DNA of 64,000 nucleotides from Hyalangium minutum (GTDB lineage Bacteria; Myxococcota; Myxococcia; Myxococcales; Myxococcaceae): NCBI RefSeq assembly GCF_000737315.1, contig NZ_JMCB01000024.1, positions 62,001 to 126,000 of the forward strand, read 5' to 3'. Shown piece by piece: positions 28,417 to 37,864 of this stretch (position 1 is its first letter; each line of letters starts with the position of its first letter). The notes under the pieces were generated by a model. It saw only the letters and a program-made list of their open reading frames with translations, ran no database searches and was not told where the DNA came from. The position numbers and the translations under genes were made by a program.

Positions 28417-30792
28417 TCATCGCGGTACAGTTCGAGCCGCCTCGACGGCGCGGAGAATGGCCTCGGGCGTCGCGGGCGACGCGAGCTGCACCTCGGTGCG
28501 CGGCGGCCCGAAGGCCCCAATCGCGTGCCGCAGCGCCGTCACCGCGCCAATGGCGAGCATGAATGGGGGCTCGCCCACCGCCTTGCTCCCATGGATGGTG
28601 TTGTCCTGGGGCGCCCGCTGCAGCAGGTCCACGCGGAAGTCCTCGGGCGTGTCCCCCAGTGCGGGGATCTTGTACGTGTCCGGCGAGTGCGTCAGGAGCC
28701 GCCCCTTGTCGTTGATGAGGACCTCCTCGCACGTCAGCCAGCCCACCCCCTGGACGAACCCGCCCTCCACCTGGCCCTTGTCGATCGTCGGCACCAGCGA
28801 GCTGCCCACGTCGTGCAGGATGTCCACGCGGCGGATGCGATGCTCGCCCGTGAGGCCGGACACCTCCACCTCCACCACCGCGCCACCGAAGGCGTAATAG
28901 TGGAAGGGCTTGCCCCGTCCCGTCATCCGGTCGTACCCGATGTCCGGCGTCTTGTAGTACCCCGTCGCGGACAGCGAAATCTGGGATGCGTACGCCGCCC
29001 GCGTCACCTCCTCGAAGAGCAGCGCACGCTGGGCCAGCCCCGGGACGAAGGCCTTCCCGTCCGAGAACACCACGCGCTCCGGCTGTCCCTCCACCTGCAG
29101 CAGCTTCGCGGCGACCGGGCGCAGCCGGCTGCGCAGCTCCTCGCACGCCGCCTTGACGGCCATGCCGTTCAGGTCCGCGCCGCTGGAGGCCGCCGTCGCC
29201 GAGGTGTTGGGCACCTTGTCCGTCGCCGTGGTCATCACCCGCACGTGCTCCACCGGCAGGCCCAGCTCGTGCGCGCACACCGCCCGCATCTTCGTGTGCA
29301 GGCCCTGCCCCATCTCCGTGCCGCCGTGGTTCAGCTGCACCGTGCCATCCGCGTAGATGACGACGAGCGCTCCGGCCTGGTTGAGGAAGCTCGTGGTGAA
29401 CGAGATGCCAAACTTCACCGGCTGGTAGCCAATGCCCCGCTTCGTCCACTTCGAGGTGGCATTGAACTGCTCGATCTCCGCCCGGCGGCGCTGGTACTCG
29501 CTGGAGGCCATCAGCTCCGCGTGGATGCGCGGAATCCGGTTGCCCTCTACCGCCTGCCCGTAGTGCGTCTGGTTCTCCGGCACCTCGCGGTAGTAGTTCT
29601 TCCGCCGGAGCTCGGCCGGATCCAGCGCCAGCCGCTCGGCGGCGCGGTTGAGGATCTCCTCCACCACGTACATGCCCTGCGGCCCACCGAAGCCGCGGAA
29701 CGCTGTATTGGAGGGCTGGTTTGTCCGCGCCACCCGGCCCGCCACCTCCACGTTCGGCAGGAAGTACGTGTTGTCCATGTGGAACAGTGCCCGGTCCAGG
29801 ATGGCGTGGGACAAGTCGTTGCTCCACCCGCCGTCGGACACCAACTCCGCCTTGAGCGCCAGCAGCTGGCCGTCCTCGGAGAAGCCCGCGTCATACCGGG
29901 CCCAGAACGGGTGGCGCTTCCCCGTCTGCTCCATGTCCTGGTCGCGGTTCAGCCACACCTTCACCGGCCGCCGCGTCACGGAGGCTCCCAGCGCCGCGAG
30001 CGCCGCGAAGCCCGCCGCCTGCGTCTCCTTGCCTCCGAAGCCGCCGCCCATGCGCGGCACCTCCACCGTCACCTGGTGCCGGCCCAGCCCCAGCACCTCC
30101 GCCACCTTCTCCTGCACCTCGGACGGGTGCTGCGTGGAGGACCAGAGGCGCAGCGCCCCGTCCTCCTCCAGCACCGCCAGCGACACCTGCGTCTCCAGGT
30201 AGAAGTGGTCCTGCGCGCCCGTCATGCACTCGCCCTGGATGCGCACCGGCGCGGCCATGAGCGCCGCCTCCGGCTCGCCTCGGCGGATGACGTGGTGGGT
30301 GGGGAAGAACGGGTGGGGAATGAACCGGTTCTGCTCGATGGCCTCGCGGATGGTGAGGCACGCGGGCAGCACCTCGTACTCCACCTCCACCAGCGCGGAG
30401 GCCTTCCGGCACAGGGCCGCGCTCTCCGCCACCACGAACGCCACGGCCTGCCCTACGCAGTGCACCTCGTCCGTGGCCAGCAGCGGCTCGTCGTGCACGC
30501 CTCGCACGGGGCACACGTCGTTCACCCCAGGGATGTCCTGGGCGAAGAAAACCGCGTGCACGCCCGGGAGCGCGAGCGCCTTGCGCGCATCCCGGCGCAC
30601 CACCCTCGCATGGGCGTGGGGCGAGGCAATCACTTGCCCGGTCAGCAGGCCCTGAGGCGCGGGCAGATCATCGACGTAGAGGGCCTCGCCGCTGGTGTGC
30701 TTCAGCCCGCTCTCGTGGAGCGAGGGGGCATGCAGCGGAGTGCGGAGCTCGGACTCCTGGGAAGGACGCTCAGAAGGAATGGCACCCATCAC
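28417..30792 (-). CDS. xdhB: Xanthine dehydrogenase molybdopterin-binding subunit
   Basis: QDHFYLETQ, STQHPSE, RMGGGFGGKE, AFRGFGGPQG, GTEMGQG, TAASSG, SKAVGEPP. Confidence 0.96.
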   Translation of the reverse strand: MMGAIPSERPSQESELRTPLHAPSLHESGLKHTSGEALYVDDLPAPQGLLTGQVIASPHAHARVVRRDARKALALPGVHAVFFAQDIPGVNDVCPVRGVHDEPLLATDEVHCVGQAVAFVVAESAALCRKASALVEVEYEVLPACLTIREAIEQNRFIPHPFFPTHHVIRRGEPEAALMAAPVRIQGECMTGAQDHFYLETQVSLAVLEEDGALRLWSSTQHPSEVQEKVAEVLGLGRHQVTVEVPRMGGGFGGKETQAAGFAALAALGASVTRRPVKVWLNRDQDMEQTGKRHPFWARYDAGFSEDGQLLALKAELVSDGGWSNDLSHAILDRALFHMDNTYFLPNVEVAGRVARTNQPSNTAFRGFGGPQGMYVVEEILNRAAERLALDPAELRRKNYYREVPENQTHYGQAVEGNRIPRIHAELMASSEYQRRRAEIEQFNATSKWTKRGIGYQPVKFGISFTTSFLNQAGALVVIYADGTVQLNHGGTEMGQGLHTKMRAVCAHELGLPVEHVRVMTTATDKVPNTSATAASSGADLNGMAVKAACEELRSRLRPVAAKLLQVEGQPERVVFSDGKAFVPGLAQRALLFEEVTRAAYASQISLSATGYYKTPDIGYDRMTGRGKPFHYYAFGGAVVEVEVSGLTGEHRIRRVDILHDVGSSLVPTIDKGQVEGGFVQGVGWLTCEEVLINDKGRLLTHSPDTYKIPALGDTPEDFRVDLLQRAPQDNTIHGSKAVGEPPFMLAIGAVTALRHAIGAFGPPRTEVQLASPATPEAILRAVEAARTVPR

Positions 30793-32244
30793 TCACCTCA
30801 CCTGAACCGTGGCAGCGTGGCGCTCCTGGAGCCGGGGCGACGGATCCGTGAGCGTCTCCTCGAAGAACCCTCGGAGGAGATTCTTCGCAACCTGAGCCCG
30901 GTACCACGCCGAGCCGCGATGATCCTTCAGCGGAGTAAAGTCCTCCTCGAGCCGGGGCAGCGCCGCCTCCACGCTCGCCTCCGTCCAGGGCTTCCCGACG
31001 AGCGCCTCCTCGGTCTTCCGCGCACGTGCCGGCCGGGCGGCCATGCCTCCGTAGGCCAGCCGCGCCTCCGTCACCTGCCCCGCCACGTCCACCACCACCC
31101 GGAAGCCTGCGGACACGGAGCTGATGTCCAGCTCACGCCGCTTCGACACCTTGTACGCAATGCTCCTCGCCCCCGAGGGCTGCGCGGGCAGATCCACGAA
31201 GCCGAGGATTTCTCCCCGCTGCAACGCGGTGCGGCGGTAGCTCACGAAGAACTCGTCCAGGGGCATGCGCCGCTCACCCGCGCGCGAGAGCAGCACCGCC
31301 TGCGCCCCCAGGGCGATCAACACCGGCGCCAGGTCCCCAATGGGAGACGCCGTGCACAGGTTGCCCCCCACCGTCGCGCGGTTCTTGATCTGCCGCGCAC
31401 CGAAGTAGCGGATCATCCGCTCCAGCGGCGGGAGCTTGCCGCATGAGTAGTCCTCCAGCTCCGTGAGCCACACCCCCGAGCCGATGCGGTGCCCGCCCGA
31501 GCGCGGCTCCAGCGTGCGCAGCTCGCGCAGTGCCTCCAGGGACACCAGCAGCGGCGGCTCCGCGAAGCGCTTGGTCACCTCGAGCGACAGGTCCGTGCCG
31601 CCCACCACGAAGCGGGCATCCGGGTTCGCATCGAGCACGTCCCACAGTGCCGAAAGAGTGGCCGGGGTGAAGAAGCGCTGCGGCCCGGCCTCGTAGCTCA
31701 GCTCCATGGGCTCGGGCTTCGTCTCCGCCAGGGCCCGGGCGAAGCGATCCGAAGGCGCCCTACCCGCGACTTCCTGGGTGGCCTCACGAATGGGCCGGTA
31801 GCCCGTGCAGCGGCAGAGGTTACCGCACATCTGCGCGTCCAGCTTCCAGGCCTCGTCGAGGTCCTTGCGGTGGCAGGCCTCCAGGAGCGCCATGGTCACT
31901 CCGGGTGTGCAGTAGCCACACTGGGAGCCCAACGAGCGGGCCAGCGACTCCTGCACCAGGTGATAGCGCCCGCTCTCCTTGAGCGACTCCACGGTGTAGA
32001 CGCGCTTGCCCTGGACCATGGGCAGCAGCAGCAGACACGAGTTGATGGCCCTGAGCACCTGGCCGCCCTTGCCATCGTGCTCCAGCACGGCCACCGTGCA
32101 GGCGCCGCAGTCGCCCTCGGCACAGCCTTCCTTGGTGCCAGTCAGGTGGGCGCGGTCTCGCAGGTACCGCAGCACCGTGGTGGTGGGAGAGAGCCCCGAC
32201 TCCTCCACGAGCCGATCGTTGAGATAGAAGCGCAGCCGATCCAT
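30793..32244 (-). CDS. xdhA: Xanthine dehydrogenase 2Fe-2S/FAD subunit
   Basis: GTKEGCAEGDCGACTV, SQCGYCTPG, GNLCRCTGY, FAD domain GGTD, KVSKR..DIS; abuts xdhB. Confidence 0.96.
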   Translation of the reverse strand: MDRLRFYLNDRLVEESGLSPTTTVLRYLRDRAHLTGTKEGCAEGDCGACTVAVLEHDGKGGQVLRAINSCLLLLPMVQGKRVYTVESLKESGRYHLVQESLARSLGSQCGYCTPGVTMALLEACHRKDLDEAWKLDAQMCGNLCRCTGYRPIREATQEVAGRAPSDRFARALAETKPEPMELSYEAGPQRFFTPATLSALWDVLDANPDARFVVGGTDLSLEVTKRFAEPPLLVSLEALRELRTLEPRSGGHRIGSGVWLTELEDYSCGKLPPLERMIRYFGARQIKNRATVGGNLCTASPIGDLAPVLIALGAQAVLLSRAGERRMPLDEFFVSYRRTALQRGEILGFVDLPAQPSGARSIAYKVSKRRELDISSVSAGFRVVVDVAGQVTEARLAYGGMAARPARARKTEEALVGKPWTEASVEAALPRLEEDFTPLKDHRGSAWYRAQVAKNLLRGFFEETLTDPSPRLQERHAATVQVR

Positions 32245-32306
32245 GTGTCTCCTGGCCGTCCCGAGCGGGAGGCACGTCGCAGTCTACTCCGGCTGGCGCC
32301 GCGCAC

Positions 32307-32723
32307 TCATCCCCGGTTGAAGTAGACCGACGCCAGGCTGATAAGGAAGTAAGGAGCGAGACCCGCCGCGCCCGCGTAGTCCTTGGCCACGCGCTGGCCG
32401 AAGAGCAGCGACAGCAGAGTCACCCCCGACACTATTCCCCCGGCGCACGCCAGCTTTGGGCTGCCGGTGGCCACCAGGGCGATGACGCCCGCGGCGCTGA
32501 GAAACCCCGCCGCCACCTCCAGCAGTGTCAGGGTGAACAGCAGGAACGCCGGCTGGCTCTTCATCACCGGCACCTTGGAGAAGACCGACGTCACGTAGCC
32601 GAGGTTGCCCTTCCAATCGAAGACCTTGTCCAGGCCGGATTGAACGAAGGTGATGGCCAGGAAGGCAGCGGGCAGGACCTGCAGCATCCACAGGGGGAAC
32701 TGAGGCGAGTCGAGCGGCGGCAT
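32307..32723 (-). CDS. DoxX family membrane protein
   Basis: FVQSGLDKV, LLEVAAG; four TM helices. Confidence 0.75.
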   Translation of the reverse strand: MPPLDSPQFPLWMLQVLPAAFLAITFVQSGLDKVFDWKGNLGYVTSVFSKVPVMKSQPAFLLFTLTLLEVAAGFLSAAGVIALVATGSPKLACAGGIVSGVTLLSLLFGQRVAKDYAGAAGLAPYFLISLASVYFNRG

Positions 32724-32840
32724 GGCCCCACTCTACCCGGCTCGCGCCCGTTCCCAAGGCCCGTCTCACCGTGAGGCAGTCAGCGTTTCTCCGGTTTTTT
32801 TCTTTTCCCCTCGGGGCCACCGGCTCTTAAGTCGGGGACT

Positions 32841-33932
32841 ATGGCTTCGGACCTGGTTGCCCGGCGCGTCTTCGTCGGACTCATCGTCGCTTCGATCTTG
32901 CTGCTGGCGCTCGTCGTCCAGCCCTTCGCCAAGGGCTTCTTCCTGGCGGCGGTGCTCGCCGGAGCGCTCTATGGCGCCCACAAGAAGCTGACCCGGCTGC
33001 TGCGCAACCGGCCCCAGCTGTCCGCGGGGCTGCTGTGCTTCGCCGTCGTCGTGGCGCTGCTGCTGCCCCTCACGGGCTTCACGGCCTTCGTCGTCACGGA
33101 GGCGGCGGACGGCGTGAAGTACGTCCGGGAGACGCTGAAGGCCGAGGGGGTCGAGGGCCTCAAGGATCGCCTCCCAGGTCCCCTGCGCAGCCTCGCCGAA
33201 AAGGCCCTGGAGCGCTTCCAGGTCGAGGAGATGCAGTTGGACGAGAAGCTCCAGGAGCAGGTGAGCACCTCGGGAGGAACGGCCGCCAAGGCCGTCACGG
33301 GCGCGGTGGCTGCCACCGGCTCGTTCGCCTTCCAGACGGTGATGATGTTGATCGCCTTCTTCTTCTTCTTGGTCGACGGCAAGGCGCTGGTGGAGTGGCT
33401 CGAGAGCGTCTCGCCCCTCAAGCGCGGGCAGACGGCGGAGATCCTCCGTGAGTTCCGCCTCGTGGCCACCTCCGTGCTGGTGTCCTCGGTGGCCACCGCG
33501 GGCGTGCAGGCCGTGGCCGCGCTGGTGGGCTACCTCATCGCCCGGGTGCCCGTGCCCTTCTTCTTCGCCGCGGTGACGTTCTTCCTGGCGCTCATCCCCG
33601 CCATCGGCGCGGCGGTGGTGTGCCTTGCGGCGGCCGGGCTGCTGCTCGTCACCGGGCACCAGTGGATGGCGCTCTTCCTGGCCATCTGGGGCGTGGTGGT
33701 GGTGGGCCTGGCAGACAACGTGGTGAAGCCCCTGCTGGTGAAGCGAGGCCTGGATATGCACGGCGCCATCGTCTTCTTCGCGCTGCTGGGAGGGCTCGCC
33801 ACGTTCGGGACGGTGGGCCTGCTGCTGGGCCCGCTCATCGTCGCCTTCTTCCTGGCGTTGGTGCGCATCTACGAGCGCGACTACGGTCGGCCTTCTTCTC
33901 GGCCCACGGATCCGGCCACCCCGCCCACCTGA
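32841..33932 (+). CDS. AI-2E family transporter (PerM-like)
   Basis: FFFLVDG, LIPAIGA, DNVVKPLLV, GLLLGPL; about 8 TM. Confidence 0.9.
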   Translation: MASDLVARRVFVGLIVASILLLALVVQPFAKGFFLAAVLAGALYGAHKKLTRLLRNRPQLSAGLLCFAVVVALLLPLTGFTAFVVTEAADGVKYVRETLKAEGVEGLKDRLPGPLRSLAEKALERFQVEEMQLDEKLQEQVSTSGGTAAKAVTGAVAATGSFAFQTVMMLIAFFFFLVDGKALVEWLESVSPLKRGQTAEILREFRLVATSVLVSSVATAGVQAVAALVGYLIARVPVPFFFAAVTFFLALIPAIGAAVVCLAAAGLLLVTGHQWMALFLAIWGVVVVGLADNVVKPLLVKRGLDMHGAIVFFALLGGLATFGTVGLLLGPLIVAFFLALVRIYERDYGRPSSRPTDPATPPT

Positions 33933-33956
33933 GGCGGGCCGTGGGCCGTGGGCTGC

Positions 33957-34169
33957 CTACCAGGAGGCGAGCCCCTCTTCCCACATGCTGTCGTCGTAGT
34001 CGTCCACCACCACGGGCCGGGGCTGCGAGACGGGGCGCACGCCCTGGGGCCGCATGGGCGGCTCGCTCGGGGACGGAAGCTCGGGGAGCGGCGGCACCAA
34101 CGCCAGCGGCGGAGCGGCCACGGGGCGCCTCGCCTCCACAGTGATATCCCGCTCAGTCATGGCCAACAT
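33957..34169 (-). CDS. Small Pro-rich hypothetical protein (70 aa) with acidic C-terminus
   Basis: GAGGGGG RBS before ATG 34169; GC3-biased; ends DDYDDSMWEEGLASW. Confidence 0.5.
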   Translation of the reverse strand: MLAMTERDITVEARRPVAAPPLALVPPLPELPSPSEPPMRPQGVRPVSQPRPVVVDDYDDSMWEEGLASW

Positions 34170-34473
34170 GGTCCCCCCTCTGTGGGTCCGAGTTGTGAAT
34201 TCAAGGTCAGCATCAGCAATCGCCATGCCGCCTCTGCAACGCCCTGCGAGCCACACCGGGTGAGCCCGCCCCTGCCCTCGTCCGCGCCTTCTACGCACGA
34301 AGGCCCCAGGAAGTTTTCTTCCGTCGTATGAGGCGTGGACGTCTGACGGAAATCCGTGGCACGCGAGCCACGGGTGTCCGCGTCCCCGTCCTTCTCTGGA
34401 AACACCGCCGCCGGGAAAAAGTGTCACCCGAGGAGGAAAGCGCGTTGCTCCTGGGTACCCTTAACGCAGGGCG

Positions 34474-36648
34474 TCAGCGTCCCGTGCCCTTCGCCCCACG
34501 CTTCGAGCCGGGCTTCGTGGCGGCATCCTTGGCGGGCGTGTCACCGCGGGCGGGCGCGCCAATGGACTTGTAGACCTCCTTCAAGGCGTCCGGGGAGCTG
34601 GCAAGGCGCACCGCAGCCTTGGTGGCCTCTTCGGGCGACAGCTTGCCGAGCACGCTGCGCTCCAAGTGCTGCTCCAGGAAGCCCTGCGTGGTGTCCACCT
34701 TGAGGTCCGTCACCTGGCCCTTGTCGTCCACCACGGGGATGAGCCGGGGCGCGGCGATGAAGAGCACCGCGGGCACGTCCGCGGCCTTCACGCGCTGGAC
34801 CACCTCGTCTCGCAGCTTGGGATCGAACTTGATGCCCTTCTGCGTCACCAGGGTGCGGATGCCCTCGTAGTCACCGGTAGCCTTGATGACCATGAGCCGG
34901 GAGAGCAGCTCGCCCACGGCCTGGCGCATCTTCGCGTAGTCGGTCACCACCCAGTACGTGTGGCCCTTCTCCACTTCCTGCTTCACCGCGCCCTTCTCCA
35001 CCAGGAAGTTCACGGTCATGTGGTGGCCGCGCTGGTGGTCCTCCTCGAAGGAGTCCCCCTTGTCCACGCGGGCCAGGTTGGTGAGCCCCTCCACGAGGAA
35101 GTCGCGGTACATCTGCTGGGCGATCTTCTCGGCGTCCGGGGACAGCTCGGTGAGCGCCGGATCAAAGGCGTGCCAGAGCGCCACGAGGTCCGCGCGGGCC
35201 TCCTCCAGCGTGTTGTCGTACTCCTTGAGGAGCGCCGAGGGCAGCTGCTTGCCCAGCTTCTTCTTGTCCACCTGTCCAGAGGCGTGCCCGAGCACCTCGT
35301 GGAAGGCCACCAGCCACTTGCGCGCGGTGACGGAGTACTTCTGGGCCTGGGCGCGATCCTCGGACGTGCGGGAGAACTCGACGGCCAGCGGCAGCCGCCG
35401 CAGCGCCGAGGCCGCATCCATCACATTGGCCACGAGGATGCTCTTGCTGCCGTACTTCTCGCGGAGGTTCTGCTCGTTGGGCAGGTTGATGCCGGCAGGG
35501 GGCTGTGGGTGGGTGGCCACGAAGTCCACGGCCTTGGCCACCGGGAGCGTCACCTTCTTGCGCTTGTAGGTATCCGGCCAGGGCATCCGGTCCTCGAAGT
35601 ACTGGGCCTTCTTGCCGATGAGCTCCATGATCTGGTTCTCCTCGGCGTTGCGGTAGTTGATGAGGGCCTCCCACTGGCCCTTCTGCCCGCGCGGATCCAC
35701 GTACGTCTCGATGAAGCCGATGTTGCCGTCCACCACCGTGTCCGCCTTCAGCCAGGCGATGTTGTAGGCCTCCCAGTCCTTGGGGTTGCCCGTCTGGAAG
35801 TAACGGATGAGCTTGGCCAGCACCGGCTTCTGCTTGGCGCTGGCGGACTTCATGGCCTCGGTGAGGCTGGCGTTCACGCGCGACAGCTCCGGCGCGTAGA
35901 GGCCGGGAGCAATCTTGTTGTCTCCGGCGCGGAAGATCTGCTCCACCAGCTTCCCGTTCTCCTTCACCACGCGCGAGTTGAGCGGGTTCTTCTCCTGGAA
36001 CTTCTCCACCTCGGCCAGCGTCACGCCGGGCCCGTACGAGGTGCTCGCCGAGGCCGTGAGCATGTCCTGCCCGGCCGGGGGCGACTTGGAGATGAGGGTG
36101 GGCTCGAAGGAGGCATCGAAGAGGGTCGGCTGCACCTCCTTGAGCCAGGTACGCAGGGCGTACTCGTCCTTCATGCCCACGGGCGCACCGGCACGGAAGG
36201 CGCGCACGGCAGCAGCCTCCAGCTCGCCCGCGGTGAACTCCGGGACGAACTTGTGCCCGGTCACCTGGTCATGGTTGCCCGTCTCCGCATAGAAGCGCGT
36301 GAGGTAGTTCTTGAACTTCTTGTCGAAGAGGCCCGGGCCGCCCGCACCCTCCAGGCCATAGAGGTAGACGCACTCGAGCAGCCGCTTGATGCCCACGAGC
36401 TTCCAGCCGAGCTGGTCATAGCCAATGTCCTCGCCCGCATGGGCCGCCAGGGTCATGTACCAGGCGACGCGCTTGTCCTCGGGGGAGAGTCCAGCCACAC
36501 CCGGCGCGAAGATCTGCGCATAGGCCTGGTTGCCAATGCGCTCCTTGAGGAACGTCTTCGCGGTGGCCGGGGCGCTCTTGTTCGCGGACTCGGCTGGCTG
36601 TGCCTGGGGGGCGGCGGCCAGCGCGGCGGACAGGAGGAGGGCGATCAT
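34474..36648 (-). CDS. Peptidase M49 family (dipeptidyl peptidase III), secreted
   Basis: Signal peptide; GFIETYVDPRG, GINLPN, HEVLGH and LEEARAD zinc motifs. Confidence 0.9.
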   Translation of the reverse strand: MIALLLSAALAAAPQAQPAESANKSAPATAKTFLKERIGNQAYAQIFAPGVAGLSPEDKRVAWYMTLAAHAGEDIGYDQLGWKLVGIKRLLECVYLYGLEGAGGPGLFDKKFKNYLTRFYAETGNHDQVTGHKFVPEFTAGELEAAAVRAFRAGAPVGMKDEYALRTWLKEVQPTLFDASFEPTLISKSPPAGQDMLTASASTSYGPGVTLAEVEKFQEKNPLNSRVVKENGKLVEQIFRAGDNKIAPGLYAPELSRVNASLTEAMKSASAKQKPVLAKLIRYFQTGNPKDWEAYNIAWLKADTVVDGNIGFIETYVDPRGQKGQWEALINYRNAEENQIMELIGKKAQYFEDRMPWPDTYKRKKVTLPVAKAVDFVATHPQPPAGINLPNEQNLREKYGSKSILVANVMDAASALRRLPLAVEFSRTSEDRAQAQKYSVTARKWLVAFHEVLGHASGQVDKKKLGKQLPSALLKEYDNTLEEARADLVALWHAFDPALTELSPDAEKIAQQMYRDFLVEGLTNLARVDKGDSFEEDHQRGHHMTVNFLVEKGAVKQEVEKGHTYWVVTDYAKMRQAVGELLSRLMVIKATGDYEGIRTLVTQKGIKFDPKLRDEVVQRVKAADVPAVLFIAAPRLIPVVDDKGQVTDLKVDTTQGFLEQHLERSVLGKLSPEEATKAAVRLASSPDALKEVYKSIGAPARGDTPAKDAATKPGSKRGAKGTGR

Positions 36649-36729
36649 GCAGGCTCCCAGGGAGGAACGGGGGCCTTGCAGTTAGCACCCGTTCCCGCCG
36701 GGTTCCAGTTTGACGCCCGGGCCGCCGGT

Positions 36730-37257
36730 CTACCGGGAAATGGAAATGTAGGGATCCCAGGTGAAGTAACCCCAGGCCTTGCCCTCTGAGTCCGAGAGCA
36801 TGAACTGGATCTGATAGGTGACATTGCCTGGCTGCTGGGCGGTCGTCTGGAAGAAGAAGTCCTTGTAAGGCTGCGTGCCCACCGAGCCGATGCTCCCGCC
36901 GTTGAGCTGGGGCGTGGGGATCTTGATCGAGGTCTCGAAGGGCTGCGGAGAGGTGATCAGGCCGGCCCCCGCGGAGACCGTCATCCCGTAGGCCAGCGTG
37001 CTGTAGCCCGTGTTCATGGTCAACGAAGCGGTCCTCCAGCGAAGGATGTCGTTCGTCTTCACATCGACCTTCAGCTCGTAATACGCCTCCGCGCCACTGA
37101 CCACGGAGCGCTTCACGAGCATGTAGATGTACTCACCGGCGTTGTTCCCCAAGCCGGCGGGCCGGTCCTTCGAGCCCCGGTTGTTGCTGAAGTCCTCCAC
37201 GATGCTCTTCGCATCGATGACAGTGAGGATGTCGACGAATGGATCAGTGCTGGACAT
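36730..37257 (-). CDS. AidA/PixA family (inclusion-body) protein, copy 2
   Basis: VDILTVIDA, YIYMLV, DILRWRTASL, YQIQF, WGYFTWDPYI, the AidA/PixA pattern; AAAGG RBS. Confidence 0.75.
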   Translation of the reverse strand: MSSTDPFVDILTVIDAKSIVEDFSNNRGSKDRPAGLGNNAGEYIYMLVKRSVVSGAEAYYELKVDVKTNDILRWRTASLTMNTGYSTLAYGMTVSAGAGLITSPQPFETSIKIPTPQLNGGSIGSVGTQPYKDFFFQTTAQQPGNVTYQIQFMLSDSEGKAWGYFTWDPYISISR

Positions 37258-37290
37258 GGTCGTGCCTTTCCTGAATTGAGGGCGAATGGC

Positions 37291-37818
37291 TCAAGAGATG
37301 ATCAAGGAGGGATCCCACTTGAAGTACCCCAGGGGCGTGCCGCTGTTGTCCGTGATGACGAAAGAGAACGTGTAGCTAACCGATCCGGCGCCCTCCCCCA
37401 CGGACTGGAAGTAGAAGTCCTGGAAGTTCTGCGCCGTCGTCCCTGTCACCGTGTTTCCACTCAGCGTGGGGACCTGAACCGTCACCGAGGGCGTGATGGG
37501 GGTCGGCTGCGAGATCAGGTTCTGTCCCTGGGCGATGTCACAGGCGTAGAGCATGACGCTGTATTGGGTGTTCAGCGTCAGGGATGTCCCCCTCCAGCGG
37601 ATGACGTTGTTGGGGTGAACGGAGACGTTCAGGTTCGAGGAAGCATCTCCTTTGACCACCTCGTCGTACTTGACGAACATGTAGACCAGGTTGGAGTTCT
37701 TCCCGATGGATGTCGGCTTCTGCATCGTGGGCGGCGGCTGGACGGAGCCGAACTGCGCCATGACGCTCTCCGCATCGATGACGACGAGAATGTCGATGAG
37801 TTGCTCTGTATCGGCCAT
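37291..37818 (-). CDS. AidA/PixA family (inclusion-body) protein, copy 1
   Basis: IDILVVIDA, VYMFV, NVIRWRGTSL, YTFSF, GYFKWDP; 175-aa paralogue of the neighbouring gene. Confidence 0.75.
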   Translation of the reverse strand: MADTEQLIDILVVIDAESVMAQFGSVQPPPTMQKPTSIGKNSNLVYMFVKYDEVVKGDASSNLNVSVHPNNVIRWRGTSLTLNTQYSVMLYACDIAQGQNLISQPTPITPSVTVQVPTLSGNTVTGTTAQNFQDFYFQSVGEGAGSVSYTFSFVITDNSGTPLGYFKWDPSLIIS

Positions 37819-37864
37819 GTGTCTTCTCCAGGGTGTACGAAGGGTTTAAAGGGAGCCGCCAGAC

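Noticed and set aside
28525-31446. 973-aa plus-strand ORF (likewise 34666..36789, 38456..40303, 21379..23307, 61655..63991, 8032..9981)
   Set aside because: These are antisense shadows of well-supported genes, expected in high-GC DNA; they have no motifs and non-protein-like composition.
34474-36648. M49 peptidase as sixth gene of the lod operon
   Set aside because: It is co-oriented but separated by 81 nt, has its own RBS and more typical host codon usage; there is no functional link that I can support.
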